In this document: positions 52,692-61,937 of the stretch, one piece after another
Numbering within the stretch: position 1 is the stretch's first letter
Layout: every line of letters starts with the position of its first letter
Assembly (NCBI GenBank): GCA_963768425.1
Contig: CAVYHV010000014.1
Location: 224,001-288,000, forward strand
Source: Candidatus Bathyarchaeota archaeon
Lineage (GTDB): Archaea > Thermoproteota > Bathyarchaeia > Bathyarchaeales > Bathycorpusculaceae
Length of the DNA: 64,000 bases
Direction of reading: 5' to 3'
Notes under the pieces: model-generated
The model's input: only the letters and a program-made list of their open reading frames with translations
Database searches by the model: none
What the model was told of the DNA's origin: nothing
Position numbers and translations under genes: made by a program

Positions 52692-54328
52692 GAGAGTGTG
52701 TGAAAAGTCTCTTTCTTTGCGGCTATTTACCGTTAACCTTAAATCTAGACTGGCTTTAGAGCAACAGAAAGAGCTGAAAAGCCATGAGCGAACACGTGAC
52801 AGGCCATTACAGAAAGCAATCAGTTCTCTTCCCAAACATTCTCGACGATTACGTCGACAAAGAGAACCCAGTACGATTCATTGACGCTTTTATAGATAGC
52901 CTCAACTTAGCGAAGCTCGGATTCAAACACTCAGTACTCGCAGACACAGGCAGACCATCGTATGATCCCTTAGACCTTCTCAAGCTCTACGTTTATGGAT
53001 ACCTCAACCAGGTGAGATCAAGCCGAAAATTGGAAAAAGAATGCCACCGCAACGTCGAAGTCATGTGGCTCATGAAAAAGCTTGCTCCCGACTTCAAAAC
53101 CATCGCCGACTTCAGAAAAAACAACGTCGACTGCATCAAAGGCGTATTCAAAGAATTCGTTTACCTCTGCAGAAGATTGGATCTTTACGGTGCTCAACTG
53201 GTAGCTATTGATGGAACCAAATTCAAAGCGGTCAATTCCAAGAGCAATAACCTCAACGAAAAAACGGTCGCTTTGAAGCTCAAACAAACAGAAGAAAAGA
53301 TAGCGGAGTACCTCAAAGAAATGGACCAAAACGATACAGCCGATTCATCTGAAGATGAAAGCGTCAATGCCGAAGAGCTCAAGGAGAAAATATGCAAGCT
53401 TGAAGAAGAAAAGCAACGATACGAGCAGATTCAAGATCAAATGGAAGCAACAGGCCAGAAGGAGGTTTCACTTGTGGATCCAGATAGCCGTTTGATGCGG
53501 GTAGATAGTCAAAGGCTGGATGTCTGCTACAACATTCAGACGTCTGTGGATGCGAAGCAGCATTTAATCGTGGATTACGATGTTATCAACAATTCGACTG
53601 ATCATCACCAGCTAGCGACTGATGCTAAGGCTGCGAAACAGGTGCTTGGCGTTGATCAGCTGGAAGTTTTGAGTGACAAAGGATTCTACGTCGCAAATGA
53701 CCTCGTTGAATGTGAGGAAGCTGGGATAACGGTGTTTATGCCGATTCCAGCTTTTAATCCTACTAAGAATGTCGGAGTGCCTGAGCGAGATTTTTGCTCT
53801 GGCAAGTTTGTCTATAATGTTAAGCGAGATGCGTATGTTTGTCCTGGCGGGGCTGAGTTGGAGCTTTTGAGGCGTAGTTATCGAGGAAAAGAGCAATGTT
53901 GGGGTGGTCTTTATGGGACGAAATTCTGTCTCTCTTGTTCTATGAGGAGTAGATGCACCAGAAACAAGCGTGGCAGACGCATGTTCAGGCCGGAATATCA
54001 AGACACTGTGGATAGGTTGAAGGCGAGAATTAGCAGTTCTGTTGGAAGAGCGAAGCTTCGTTTGAGGCGGGAAATAGTGGAGCATCCGTTTGGAACTATT
54101 AAGCGAGCGTTCAATCAAGGTTATTTGCTTTTGAAAGGGTTACGGAAGGTTAGGGGAGAAGTGGGATTTACTATGCTGGCTTATAATCTTAGAAGGGTGA
54201 TTAATATTTTTGGAGTTGGGACGCTAATGGATTTGATTAAGCCGTAAAAAAGTTGTTAAGAACAAACGTATCAAAGAGCTTGGGTAGGCAAATAATGAGG
54301 TTTTGGCTGTAAGTTTTGACACACTCTG
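52692..54328 (+). mobile_element. IS1182-family insertion sequence (1637 bp), 17-bp imperfect IRs, 4-bp target duplication AGTC
   Basis: GAGAGTGTGTGAAAAGT / AGTTTTGACACACTCTG; AGTC at 52688-52691 and 54329-54332. Confidence 0.93.
52784..54247 (+). CDS. IS1182-family DDE transposase
   Basis: GRPSYDP, SSRKLE, PDFKTIADFR, IDGTK, DKGFY and VEHPFGTIK motifs. Confidence 0.96.
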   Translation: MSEHVTGHYRKQSVLFPNILDDYVDKENPVRFIDAFIDSLNLAKLGFKHSVLADTGRPSYDPLDLLKLYVYGYLNQVRSSRKLEKECHRNVEVMWLMKKLAPDFKTIADFRKNNVDCIKGVFKEFVYLCRRLDLYGAQLVAIDGTKFKAVNSKSNNLNEKTVALKLKQTEEKIAEYLKEMDQNDTADSSEDESVNAEELKEKICKLEEEKQRYEQIQDQMEATGQKEVSLVDPDSRLMRVDSQRLDVCYNIQTSVDAKQHLIVDYDVINNSTDHHQLATDAKAAKQVLGVDQLEVLSDKGFYVANDLVECEEAGITVFMPIPAFNPTKNVGVPERDFCSGKFVYNVKRDAYVCPGGAELELLRRSYRGKEQCWGGLYGTKFCLSCSMRSRCTRNKRGRRMFRPEYQDTVDRLKARISSSVGRAKLRLRREIVEHPFGTIKRAFNQGYLLLKGLRKVRGEVGFTMLAYNLRRVINIFGVGTLMDLIKP

Positions 54329-54926
54329 AGTCAGGTTCAAGCCAATCTAAAATGTCACTGTGACAGCTGACAGCTATGAATTGCTTACCCGAATGTTTCC
54401 TTACAGCTTTGCTCACAGCTAGAGATCCTATTTGAGCAACGGTTCGGTCAACTGTTGAAGTGAATTCGTCGAAAACGATAAGGTTCTGAGGCAGGCAAAG
54501 CGCCATGGCTATGTCTACACGCATTTTTTGCCCCTGGCTCAAAACTGAGTAACTCTTCAACCAGGAAGGCGGTTCACTAAAGCCGCTGCTGCAAAGAGCA
54601 GAATCAATCTCTGTGGCGCTTAAGTTTTCGGGAAAATCATCCAAAAAAGAAGCCGATTTGTAACGGTCCTTTAAGTCAGCGTAATAAGCCCCTGGCCAAC
54701 AGTGCTTAGCTATACTTGTTTTGCCGCTGCCGCTTGAACCCACTATCGCGCCTATTTGCCACTGTAGGCCTTCAATCGGTATGTTTCCCCGGATGTGTTT
54801 TTCCAGCTTCACCTCTTTCAGATCATAAGTTCCTATGACACTCTGCACCCGGAAGGTTTCAGGAGCAAACCAAGTATGCGTAAAATCAAAGGACGGCACT
54901 ATAGATTCAGCACCTTCACTTTCCAA
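54329..54926 (-). pseudogene. Soluble ABC-type ATPase, interrupted by IS1182
   Basis: Walker A GSSGSGKT, signature LSQGQ, Walker B IVFDEF, SCH..ILDWLEPD. Confidence 0.88.
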
Positions 54927-55471
54927 CCCTTAGCAGATAACTCATCAAACCGCTGCTTCTGTTCAGACTCATCCTTGCAGTCAATAATGAGCTCCCAGGT
55001 CTCGGGAACAATCATACTGCCGCCCCCTTCATGCAATTCTCCAGGCAACTTCTCACCGATCGCAGCCAACAAAGACTCAAGATCGTCCTTGGCGCCCATA
55101 TCGATAATCTTGAAGTCCTCAGATTCATCCATTTTCCGGTTATGCTTACCCTTCAACTTGTTAGTGATCTGGCGAAGCATACGCCTATCAACATCAGACA
55201 GCTTAAGACGTAGCACCGGAGCAAAATATTCTCCGTGATTCTTGCAGACATCAACACGTTGCTCGCCATCCGCGAAAACGCCGTCTCTATCGGCAACTAC
55301 AGGATAAACCCAGCCGAATTTCTGAAGGCTGCGCCAAATTTGCTCCTGCTGCTTCAATGTCATCTTATTCGGATTCTGCTCATCAGATTTCAATAGACGA
55401 ATGTCTGCAATCAGAGGCAAATACGCCTCCGGAACTTCAATTGTTGTCTTCTCTTTAGTGCCCTGAGCCAT
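54899..55471 (-). CDS. ParB/Srx-like N-terminal domain protein (virus-type)
   Basis: NPNKM...SLQKFGWVYPVV...DGEQR...NKLKG; C-terminal C..E.EQ...F..L...G. Confidence 0.85.
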   Translation of the reverse strand: MAQGTKEKTTIEVPEAYLPLIADIRLLKSDEQNPNKMTLKQQEQIWRSLQKFGWVYPVVADRDGVFADGEQRVDVCKNHGEYFAPVLRLKLSDVDRRMLRQITNKLKGKHNRKMDESEDFKIIDMGAKDDLESLLAAIGEKLPGELHEGGGSMIVPETWELIIDCKDESEQKQRFDELSAKGWKVKVLNL

Positions 55472-55681
55472 GCTTTTAGTAACGACCCTTAAGGTTGGTC
55501 AACCTAAGGGAAAAAACAGCAAGACCGCAACCTGGGCAGATAGAGCCTTACCGCTTTCCCCAGGTTGCTAAATACACGAAGGGATATCAATAAATTACTT
55601 ATAAGATTTGCTGAAAAGCAAAATAACTTTAAAAACAAATTTTTTTTAAAAAAAAAGGAAATTTTGGAGCTTTCGACTCGG

Positions 55682-56386
55682 CTATGGTCGGAGAGCCTCT
55701 TCCAAATTCGCGATTAAACGCAGCACATCTGCAGTTTCCGCTTCTGCCTCAATTTTGTAAATCTTTTTATAGAATTCACTTGGTTCGTCAACTGAAATCT
55801 GAAATGCGGCACCCTCCATTTGTCTTAACAAACGTGCAATGTCTGAAGTGGAGTAATCTTTGCCAAGTTTGTTGAAGTCGGGTTTCAGCACGAAAACGGT
55901 CCTTAGCAGTACTGGGTGTATTTCAGCTTGAAAATCTTTCTTTTCGAAGATTTCAGTACTTTTCTCCAAAAAATGAACATATTTTTCATTGAGAAAACTT
56001 TTTTGATCTATATTCAGCTTTGCTTTTAAGGTTGTACTGTAATACCAGCTCTCAATATTATTACCAATTCTCTCAAACAAGCTTTCTTTGTCAATTTCAT
56101 CTATTATTTCCTCTACTAACTTTTTCGCTATTTCGGTCTTTCCTATGATATCAGCTTGAATACCTCTCTCGCCTATTTCGAGCTGGACAATGGTTCCCGT
56201 CTCGCTTTTGAAGTTAAATTTGCCACCACAAAGCGTTATTGTATAATCTATGTTTTCTGGTACATTCATTTCTGAGAAGCTGTACTTCTCTTTGATCCGA
56301 TCTAGTACGCCAGATTTTGACACGTATTCTTTGTTTATTAGGTCTGTTGTTGTTCTGACTATTACTCTGCCTAGAAATACTTCCAA
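55682..56386 (-). CDS. Hypothetical protein
   Basis: 234-aa ORF, co-transcribed with the upstream HTH gene. Confidence 0.75.
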   Translation of the reverse strand: MEVFLGRVIVRTTTDLINKEYVSKSGVLDRIKEKYSFSEMNVPENIDYTITLCGGKFNFKSETGTIVQLEIGERGIQADIIGKTEIAKKLVEEIIDEIDKESLFERIGNNIESWYYSTTLKAKLNIDQKSFLNEKYVHFLEKSTEIFEKKDFQAEIHPVLLRTVFVLKPDFNKLGKDYSTSDIARLLRQMEGAAFQISVDEPSEFYKKIYKIEAEAETADVLRLIANLEEALRP

Positions 56387-56397
56387 TTATTTCCATT

Positions 56398-57244
56398 TTA
56401 TTTCTCACCTTTCTTCTGAGTGATCACTAGACAACTGGTAGAAACAGGCTTAGCCATAAGAGGGTATTTAAAATATTTAGCCTTTAGAGAGTCTGAGAAA
56501 TGCCTGGATCTCAAAGGCAGAGTTGAACATTTGGATCTACGTCCGGTTAAACTGCCGATTCGTATCCTCTCATTTTGGTAACGTTGTAGCTGATCCAAAA
56601 CAATATTTAAGTGAGCTTTTTCGTCTTCGATTCTTGGTTTATAACCAAGATTCATCAATTCTCGCATGACTGCTTCTTTGAAATAGGTTTTGCCCACACC
56701 CATAGCGTCGCTGATAAGAAATACATTTTCACTTAAATCAATTGCAGCATCGGCTCCATGGCTCTTGCTCTTACCCTTAGCCTGGACGTAAACTATATTT
56801 TCACCCCAACCAACAGCGTCCTTTTCTTCAATTTCCGGCTCACTTGAAATAAATTCTGCAAATGCTTTAGGGTAACTAGGATTCATTGCCAAGCTAATTG
56901 CGTCCTCGATCTTTGGAGTGATGTCAAGGCTATGAAAAATATTTCTTATCAACGAGATTCCAAAGCCAGTAACGGCGTAAAATGAGTATTCCTCAGATTC
57001 TTTCTTTTTTGTGTAATAATTTTCAATTATGCCAGTTTCACTTAATATACGTAAATGATGTGAAAGCGTACTTGATTTTTCGCCTGTGCCTAGGCAAAGT
57101 TGCGAAAAAGAAAGCTCTCCTTTTTGCATCAAACCAGCTACTGAGCTAAGCGGGTGTCATCTCCTAGGCCTTAATAGCGGCTCTTAGTTCTTTGGGGATC
57201 TCGTTAACGTATTCGTAAAACTCTTTATACCCCACTTTTTCCAA
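56398..57244 (-). CDS. ArsR-like winged-HTH protein with C-terminal extension (indels near 57140-57170)
   Basis: LSFSQL...SSTLSHHLRILSETGII...YAVTGFG; upstream frame IPKELRAAIKA. Confidence 0.7.
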
Positions 57245-57267
57245 CTCGCATCCCTCTTTTTTTTATA

Positions 57268-57297
57268 GACTTAAGTCAATTTTTTTCGACTTAAGTA
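57268..57297. promoter_or_regulatory. Twin palindromic operator GACTTAAGTC / GACTTAAGTA, 20 bp apart
   Basis: Lies between the divergent HTH gene and the 57420 gene, next to TATA-like tracts. Confidence 0.6.
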
Positions 57298-57419
57298 GAT
57301 ATAAAATTACATATAAGCTTTATGCCAAACGCGGGTATATACTTGTTGGTGAACCGTTGAGTAGATGGACCAGTTTTGTTGGCAGTTGGATCCAAGGCTT
57401 TCATACCTACAAACCAATA

Positions 57420-57890
57420 ATGGAAATAACAATATATGGTTCATATTTTCCTCAAAAGGAAAAAGATTTCTTAATTCGATTGAAAGAAGCCCTTATTTCT
57501 GAGGGTTACACTTCAACTCGCATTGTAGAAGACCGCCCAAGCAATGGCCTTGATGAATTCCAAGCCAGCAAGGCAAGTCTCGAATTTTCGGACATTAACT
57601 TCTTGGTGTTTACTTTTGGTGGAAAGCGACTAGGAGTAGTAAGAGAACTGGCGCATTGCACCAGCTCGATCACGATGACTGACCGACGCTGGAGATGCGT
57701 TCTCTGCTACGAGGTCAAAGGCAATCGTTCAGCGCTGCCGCCTCTGAGCACAAAAGAAGTTGAAAAACTTCACATGTCAAAAATTAGACAGATTCAATTT
57801 AGCGACGAAACGCAATTACAAAAAGCTATGATAGGTATTTCCTGGAAATACCTCAACGATTTGGCGGAGGAACTTCGCTCCAGAAGATGA
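57420..57890 (+). CDS. NDT/TIR-like flavodoxin-fold hypothetical protein
   Basis: ITIYGSY...L..LKE.L...GY...S...LEFSD..FLVF...GVVREL pattern. Confidence 0.55.
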   Translation: MEITIYGSYFPQKEKDFLIRLKEALISEGYTSTRIVEDRPSNGLDEFQASKASLEFSDINFLVFTFGGKRLGVVRELAHCTSSITMTDRRWRCVLCYEVKGNRSALPPLSTKEVEKLHMSKIRQIQFSDETQLQKAMIGISWKYLNDLAEELRSRR

Positions 57891-57930
57891 TGCAAATAAC
57901 AAAAAAAGAAGGAATAAAATGTCCCTTGGA

Positions 57931-59124
57931 TTAGCTGTTACGTTCATCACCTTCAATATCCCCATGCGTGCGCGTTTTTGCAGCGTATTTAATTTCATCA
58001 ATGTAGCTGTCTAACGAGACATTATCAGCTGATGACACTTTTGTTAAATGCCTTTCTTTCATTAGTTTTAGAATTTTCTCAATTAATAAAAGCAATGAAT
58101 CCCTTGCTTGACGAGTTTCAGGTGGTTTGCATTGTGGCATATTTCCATGTGCTATTGCGGATCTATCATCGTATAAGGTTTTAAATGTTTTAACCGTCTC
58201 TAACCTTCCAGCGAGGTCATCGCTTAAAAGAAACGCGGCTTTTTCAGAAAATTTCCATCTCAGCACATTCTTTTCTCCTTCGCCAATAAGTAAATTCTCG
58301 ATGGCCGCCACATAATAAAAGAGCTCTTGGTCTTCTGATGAAAAATTTCTCCCAATTCTGTAGAAATGAAGAGCATTAAGTATTCTTTTCTCTAAATCAC
58401 AGGAAGGATTGACCACAAGTTTACTCAGCCTATCGATTAGTTCTTGCTCGACTTTATCAAAATGATATATGTCAAGCTCAACTCCTAACGGAGTAAACGA
58501 TACCGTACGTTCACTGGATATTTTCGAGATAACGTATTGAGGTAACGTAAGCTTAATGTGGGGACGCAGAATTCGCAGTATATCTACCGAGGCTTCGGCT
58601 TTTTGGAGTGCTTTTTGCTGAATAATAAAATTACCCATCCCTGACTCGCTAACTTTGAGCCAGTAGCCAACGTTTGGATCTTTTGGCACGACCATCTCTT
58701 GGAGGAAGGAGGTTTGGATTCTCTCTCGGTCAGTTTTTACTTTTCCAACTCTTCCGTTGGCCAATCCCACGGCAAAGTTTTTCACAAGTATTGGAAGGGC
58801 TTCAAAATTCTGTAATTTACCGTGACCTATCTTGTAATTATTGGGAAATCCAAGTAATTGCGGCAACTGAAAATAAAAATAAGTTTCTTTGTTTTTCAAA
58901 ATCTTATCAATTGATGTTTGAAAGTCTAACTCAGATTGTATGTCGTACTGCAAGTGAAATAACAGGAAAGATAACTCCATTGGATCAATAATATGATCCA
59001 ATTTGAGAGCAGTTACTTGTTGCTCTATTTTGTATAGAGCTTCATTGTACATAGATGGGTTATCTTTAAACTGATAAACAGAATAGCACTCTTTCTTTAG
59101 CTCATCAATCTTTTTTGATGACAT
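57931..59124 (-). CDS. HEPN-domain protein (ApeA-like architecture)
   Basis: AAIENLL and LYDDRSAIAHG (R-x4-H). Confidence 0.8.
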   Translation of the reverse strand: MSSKKIDELKKECYSVYQFKDNPSMYNEALYKIEQQVTALKLDHIIDPMELSFLLFHLQYDIQSELDFQTSIDKILKNKETYFYFQLPQLLGFPNNYKIGHGKLQNFEALPILVKNFAVGLANGRVGKVKTDRERIQTSFLQEMVVPKDPNVGYWLKVSESGMGNFIIQQKALQKAEASVDILRILRPHIKLTLPQYVISKISSERTVSFTPLGVELDIYHFDKVEQELIDRLSKLVVNPSCDLEKRILNALHFYRIGRNFSSEDQELFYYVAAIENLLIGEGEKNVLRWKFSEKAAFLLSDDLAGRLETVKTFKTLYDDRSAIAHGNMPQCKPPETRQARDSLLLLIEKILKLMKERHLTKVSSADNVSLDSYIDEIKYAAKTRTHGDIEGDERNS

Positions 59125-59272
59125 AAAAGAATCTTATCGACACTGAAACTCTTTTAATTTACGCTATAATTTGACTACGAGAAACAATTGGACCCCCTTA
59201 GATTCGGCTTGGAAACATCGAATGGTCTACATTGTGAGTTTCGAAAAAGTGCCTACATCTAAGCAACTAACA

Positions 59273-59764
59273 CTAACCTAAATCTTCCTTTCTCGCACTA
59301 TATGACTCCACTGCGAAACCTGTGAGTGCCCAATGCCACCCTCTCTGCTCCGCAATGTGCTCTCCAAATTCCTTATCGAGCCGCTTATTCATTCTCAAGA
59401 TCCGTCGACTAATTTGGTATCGTGTAACCTTGAATCGGGCGAGCTTCGCAGCTAAGTCTTTTGGTAACAAACCTGGAGAGCCTGCTTCAAAAAGAAGTCG
59501 CAGAATTTCTTGGTCAGCCTCATCTTTACAAGCCACACGTTCAATTAGTGACTGCTCAAAATTGAAAGAATCTTTTAGGCCAGCAAAGATAGTGCGTAGC
59601 ATAAGCTTAACCTCTTCAACTTCTGCCAAGGTTTGCTTGAGAAGTTGCTGATTATACTTCAAACGGCCAATCTTATCGCTTTGACTGCGCTTCTTTTTGG
59701 CACTTTGAACAGGTTTTTCGGCACTTTCCACATCAGAATGCACACTCCAAGAATTCTTGTCCAT
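59273..59764 (-). CDS. Coiled-coil plus winged-HTH protein
   Basis: GLLPKDLA...VTRYQISRRI..MNKRL...W. Confidence 0.7.
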   Translation of the reverse strand: MDKNSWSVHSDVESAEKPVQSAKKKRSQSDKIGRLKYNQQLLKQTLAEVEEVKLMLRTIFAGLKDSFNFEQSLIERVACKDEADQEILRLLFEAGSPGLLPKDLAAKLARFKVTRYQISRRILRMNKRLDKEFGEHIAEQRGWHWALTGFAVESYSARKEDLG

Positions 59765-59921
59765 CAACTGATGGCAAAACTGACAATGGGTAGTCAGGAC
59801 CAACTAATTGCAGAAAAGACACTTCCGAAAAGCATGGACTTTTCCCATGCATTAAGCTATGTACGAAAATTGCTTTTGAACATGTTTTAACAGCTATTAA
59901 TGCGATACCGCTTGCAAAAGG

Positions 59922-60886
59922 TCATGCGTCTATGAGACATACCTTTTGCCTCCCTCTGCCGAAGTCTTCAGCTGGTTCTTTGTTATTTTCAAAATCCACA
60001 AGCTTACCCAAAGCATCCGCAACCTTTGCTATACTCAAACCCATCTTCTCAAGCTTCTCGAGGCTGCAAGAAATCTTTGCTAAATCAGTTAGGACATTGT
60101 CCACTTGGCCCTCCAGCTTTTTCACGCGCTCAGGCATAAGCAAATACTCAACTGCTGCATCCCGACCCACATGATCAAGCTCGCCCTCATCTTCCCCAGG
60201 ACTGTCATCAATAACTCGTTTTGGAGTGCTCACCGTAAAATAACGATTCAGTAGATTTGCCACCGGATCATCAACACCTAGCTCGTGACGCTTGTTAATC
60301 TGGCCGTCACCCAACACGCAACCGTATTTGCTCATCAAACCCTTAGCGACCCGATCAGCCAAATTCTTAGCCAAAGTCACCAACTCCCCAGGACTACGAC
60401 CATAAAGCGTTTCGACATGAACAATCCAAGAAGTAGTCGTATGACGCACTTTCACACCCTGCTCCAAGCCCTAAAAGTGCAGTCCAATTCACCATCTCAA
60501 TTCTCCGAAAATCTCCAGCAGGATAAACCCCCTCACGCAAAACGGGAAACTTGAAGAAGCAACGATGCAAGCCGAAACACTCCGCTGCTGAACAGCACGC
60601 CCTCACATGATATGAGAAAGTTTTGACCTTGCTCTGTTAACTCATAGTCTACAAAGTTGCTGCGCTTTAACCTGTGAATTAAGCCCGCCTTCTCAAGCTT
60701 CTTTACGTAGTAGGCAACGTGCTGTTTCTTCCATCCACGTACACGCCCGATCTTGGCAGGATACATCTTAACCTCAATTCCTTTCAGAATGGGTAGGACG
60801 CGGGTGCGAACGGTAGAGAAGTCAAATTTGACTTTTGACTTTGAAGGCGAAATATTTTGACTTCTATCGTCCAGTTTGCTCTTCAA
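59922..60886 (-). CDS. MarR-like wHTH fused to an uncharacterised domain (two apparent frameshifts); candidate replication protein
   Basis: Three overlapping ORFs join into one protein: YYVKKLEKAGLI / RLHRCFFKF / HEL...IDDSPGEDEGELD / coiled coil. Confidence 0.6.
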
Positions 60887-60899
60887 AAAAACGGCTCCT

Positions 60900-61202
60900 C
60901 TAAGGTTGCTTCCTTGACTTTTGAAGCTCTCTTAATCTTTCATCCCTGGATGGGCAAGACGCATATGCTTTAGGATCCGCGAAAAGAAAACAGCAGCTGC
61001 CTAGACTGCAAAGCCTGCCTGTTGAGCCTTCCCAAATCAAAGCACCAACAAACTCACAGCTACCGACGGGCGCAGGAGCATCTGAAACAATATGAGCTTT
61101 GATCTCAGGTTGAGAGTCTTTAGGCTTCCAAAAAGGCTGCCATCTATTCACAGTCTCAGATGGATAATCAGACAAACTGTAATCTTCAGCCAAGGTAACC
61201 AC
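60900..61202 (-). CDS. Small Cys-containing hypothetical protein
   Basis: 100-aa ORF in the leftward operon starting near attR. Confidence 0.55.
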   Translation of the reverse strand: MVTLAEDYSLSDYPSETVNRWQPFWKPKDSQPEIKAHIVSDAPAPVGSCEFVGALIWEGSTGRLCSLGSCCFLFADPKAYASCPSRDERLRELQKSRKQP

Positions 61203-61208
61203 CCGCTC

Positions 61209-61346
61209 TTAGCCAGAAGGCAGCAAAGTTCCTGGCTTCAAACTGATTTCTCCAACACTGCAAACTATGATCAGGGCGGCAAAGCAGATCAACCCGCAAG
61301 CAATTGTTGGGCAGCCAACGCAAGGGTTAACCTTTAAGCCCTTCAT
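61209..61346 (-). CDS. Small hydrophobic Cys-rich ORF (45 aa)
   Basis: GGAGG SD; ATGA overlap with the preceding ORF. Confidence 0.45.
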   Translation of the reverse strand: MKGLKVNPCVGCPTIACGLICFAALIIVCSVGEISLKPGTLLPSG

Positions 61347-61489
61347 GAGGAAGCCTCCGTTTCAATTTCATGAAAAGCACGCTTCGTGACTTCCTCAAGC
61401 TCATGAAAATTAGCATCAAAATTAAGAGCTAAACCGCCAAGGAAAATCCGCATCATAACTGTAGCAGCCTCAATCTGTTTCCGATTCAA
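61343..61489 (-). CDS. Small hypothetical ORF (48 aa)
   Basis: AGGAGG SD before TTG. Confidence 0.45.
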   Translation of the reverse strand: MNRKQIEAATVMMRIFLGGLALNFDANFHELEEVTKRAFHEIETEASS

Positions 61490-61586
61490 CTAAGAACCCT
61501 CCTAGCTGCTACAACAAAAAAGAAAAAAGGGAAGGAAGCTACGGAGAAACGAGACGAAGATGGCGATACATCGCCAAGAGATGGGA

Positions 61587-61610
61587 GTTCAAGTCCCACC
61601 CCGGCACCAC
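61587..61610 (+). repeat. attR: duplicated 3' end of tRNA-Leu
   Basis: GTTCAAGTCCCACCCC-GGCACCAC, one C shorter than attL. Confidence 0.92.
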
Positions 61611-61652
61611 TATGGTAAAACATACGGAGGGTTTACGAAGGGTGATTCTGTA

Positions 61653-61724
61653 TCAGAATTTTCGTTTTCTGAATAGTTTGTGTCAGTCGAAATCGCAGAC
61701 AAAGTCAAAACCTGCGTCTACTAT
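61653..61724 (-). pseudogene. C-terminal relic of a paralogous integrase
   Basis: IVDAGFDFVCDFD*HKLFRKRKF* versus IEAGFEFVCDFEGHKLFRKRK* of the intact integrase. Confidence 0.85.
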
Positions 61725-61937
61725 CTCAAACTCTAAGCCGATAATTTCGTATCCTGCAACATAGACCTTCCAAGATGTTGCTGTCATATATTATCAGGCA
61801 TCGAAAAACCGCTAACTTGAGGGGTACCGCCCTATAGGTACCTGTGTACCTAAGGTTTGGTCCAGAAAGTTTGACTAATCCAGTCAAGAAAGTTTTACGA
61901 ACAGCCTTTTATAGTATGGAGTTTGCTTAAAGTTGCT

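Larger units (their letters stand above)
36333..61610. mobile_element. tRNA-Leu-integrated element (~25.3 kb), cryptic or decayed-provirus type
   Basis: Direct repeat of the tRNA 3' end at 36333-36357 and 61587-61610; integrase adjacent to attL; accessory gene content. Confidence 0.9.

Noticed and set aside
61582-61610. Second tRNA gene
   Set aside because: Only the T-arm and acceptor 3' strand are present; it is attR
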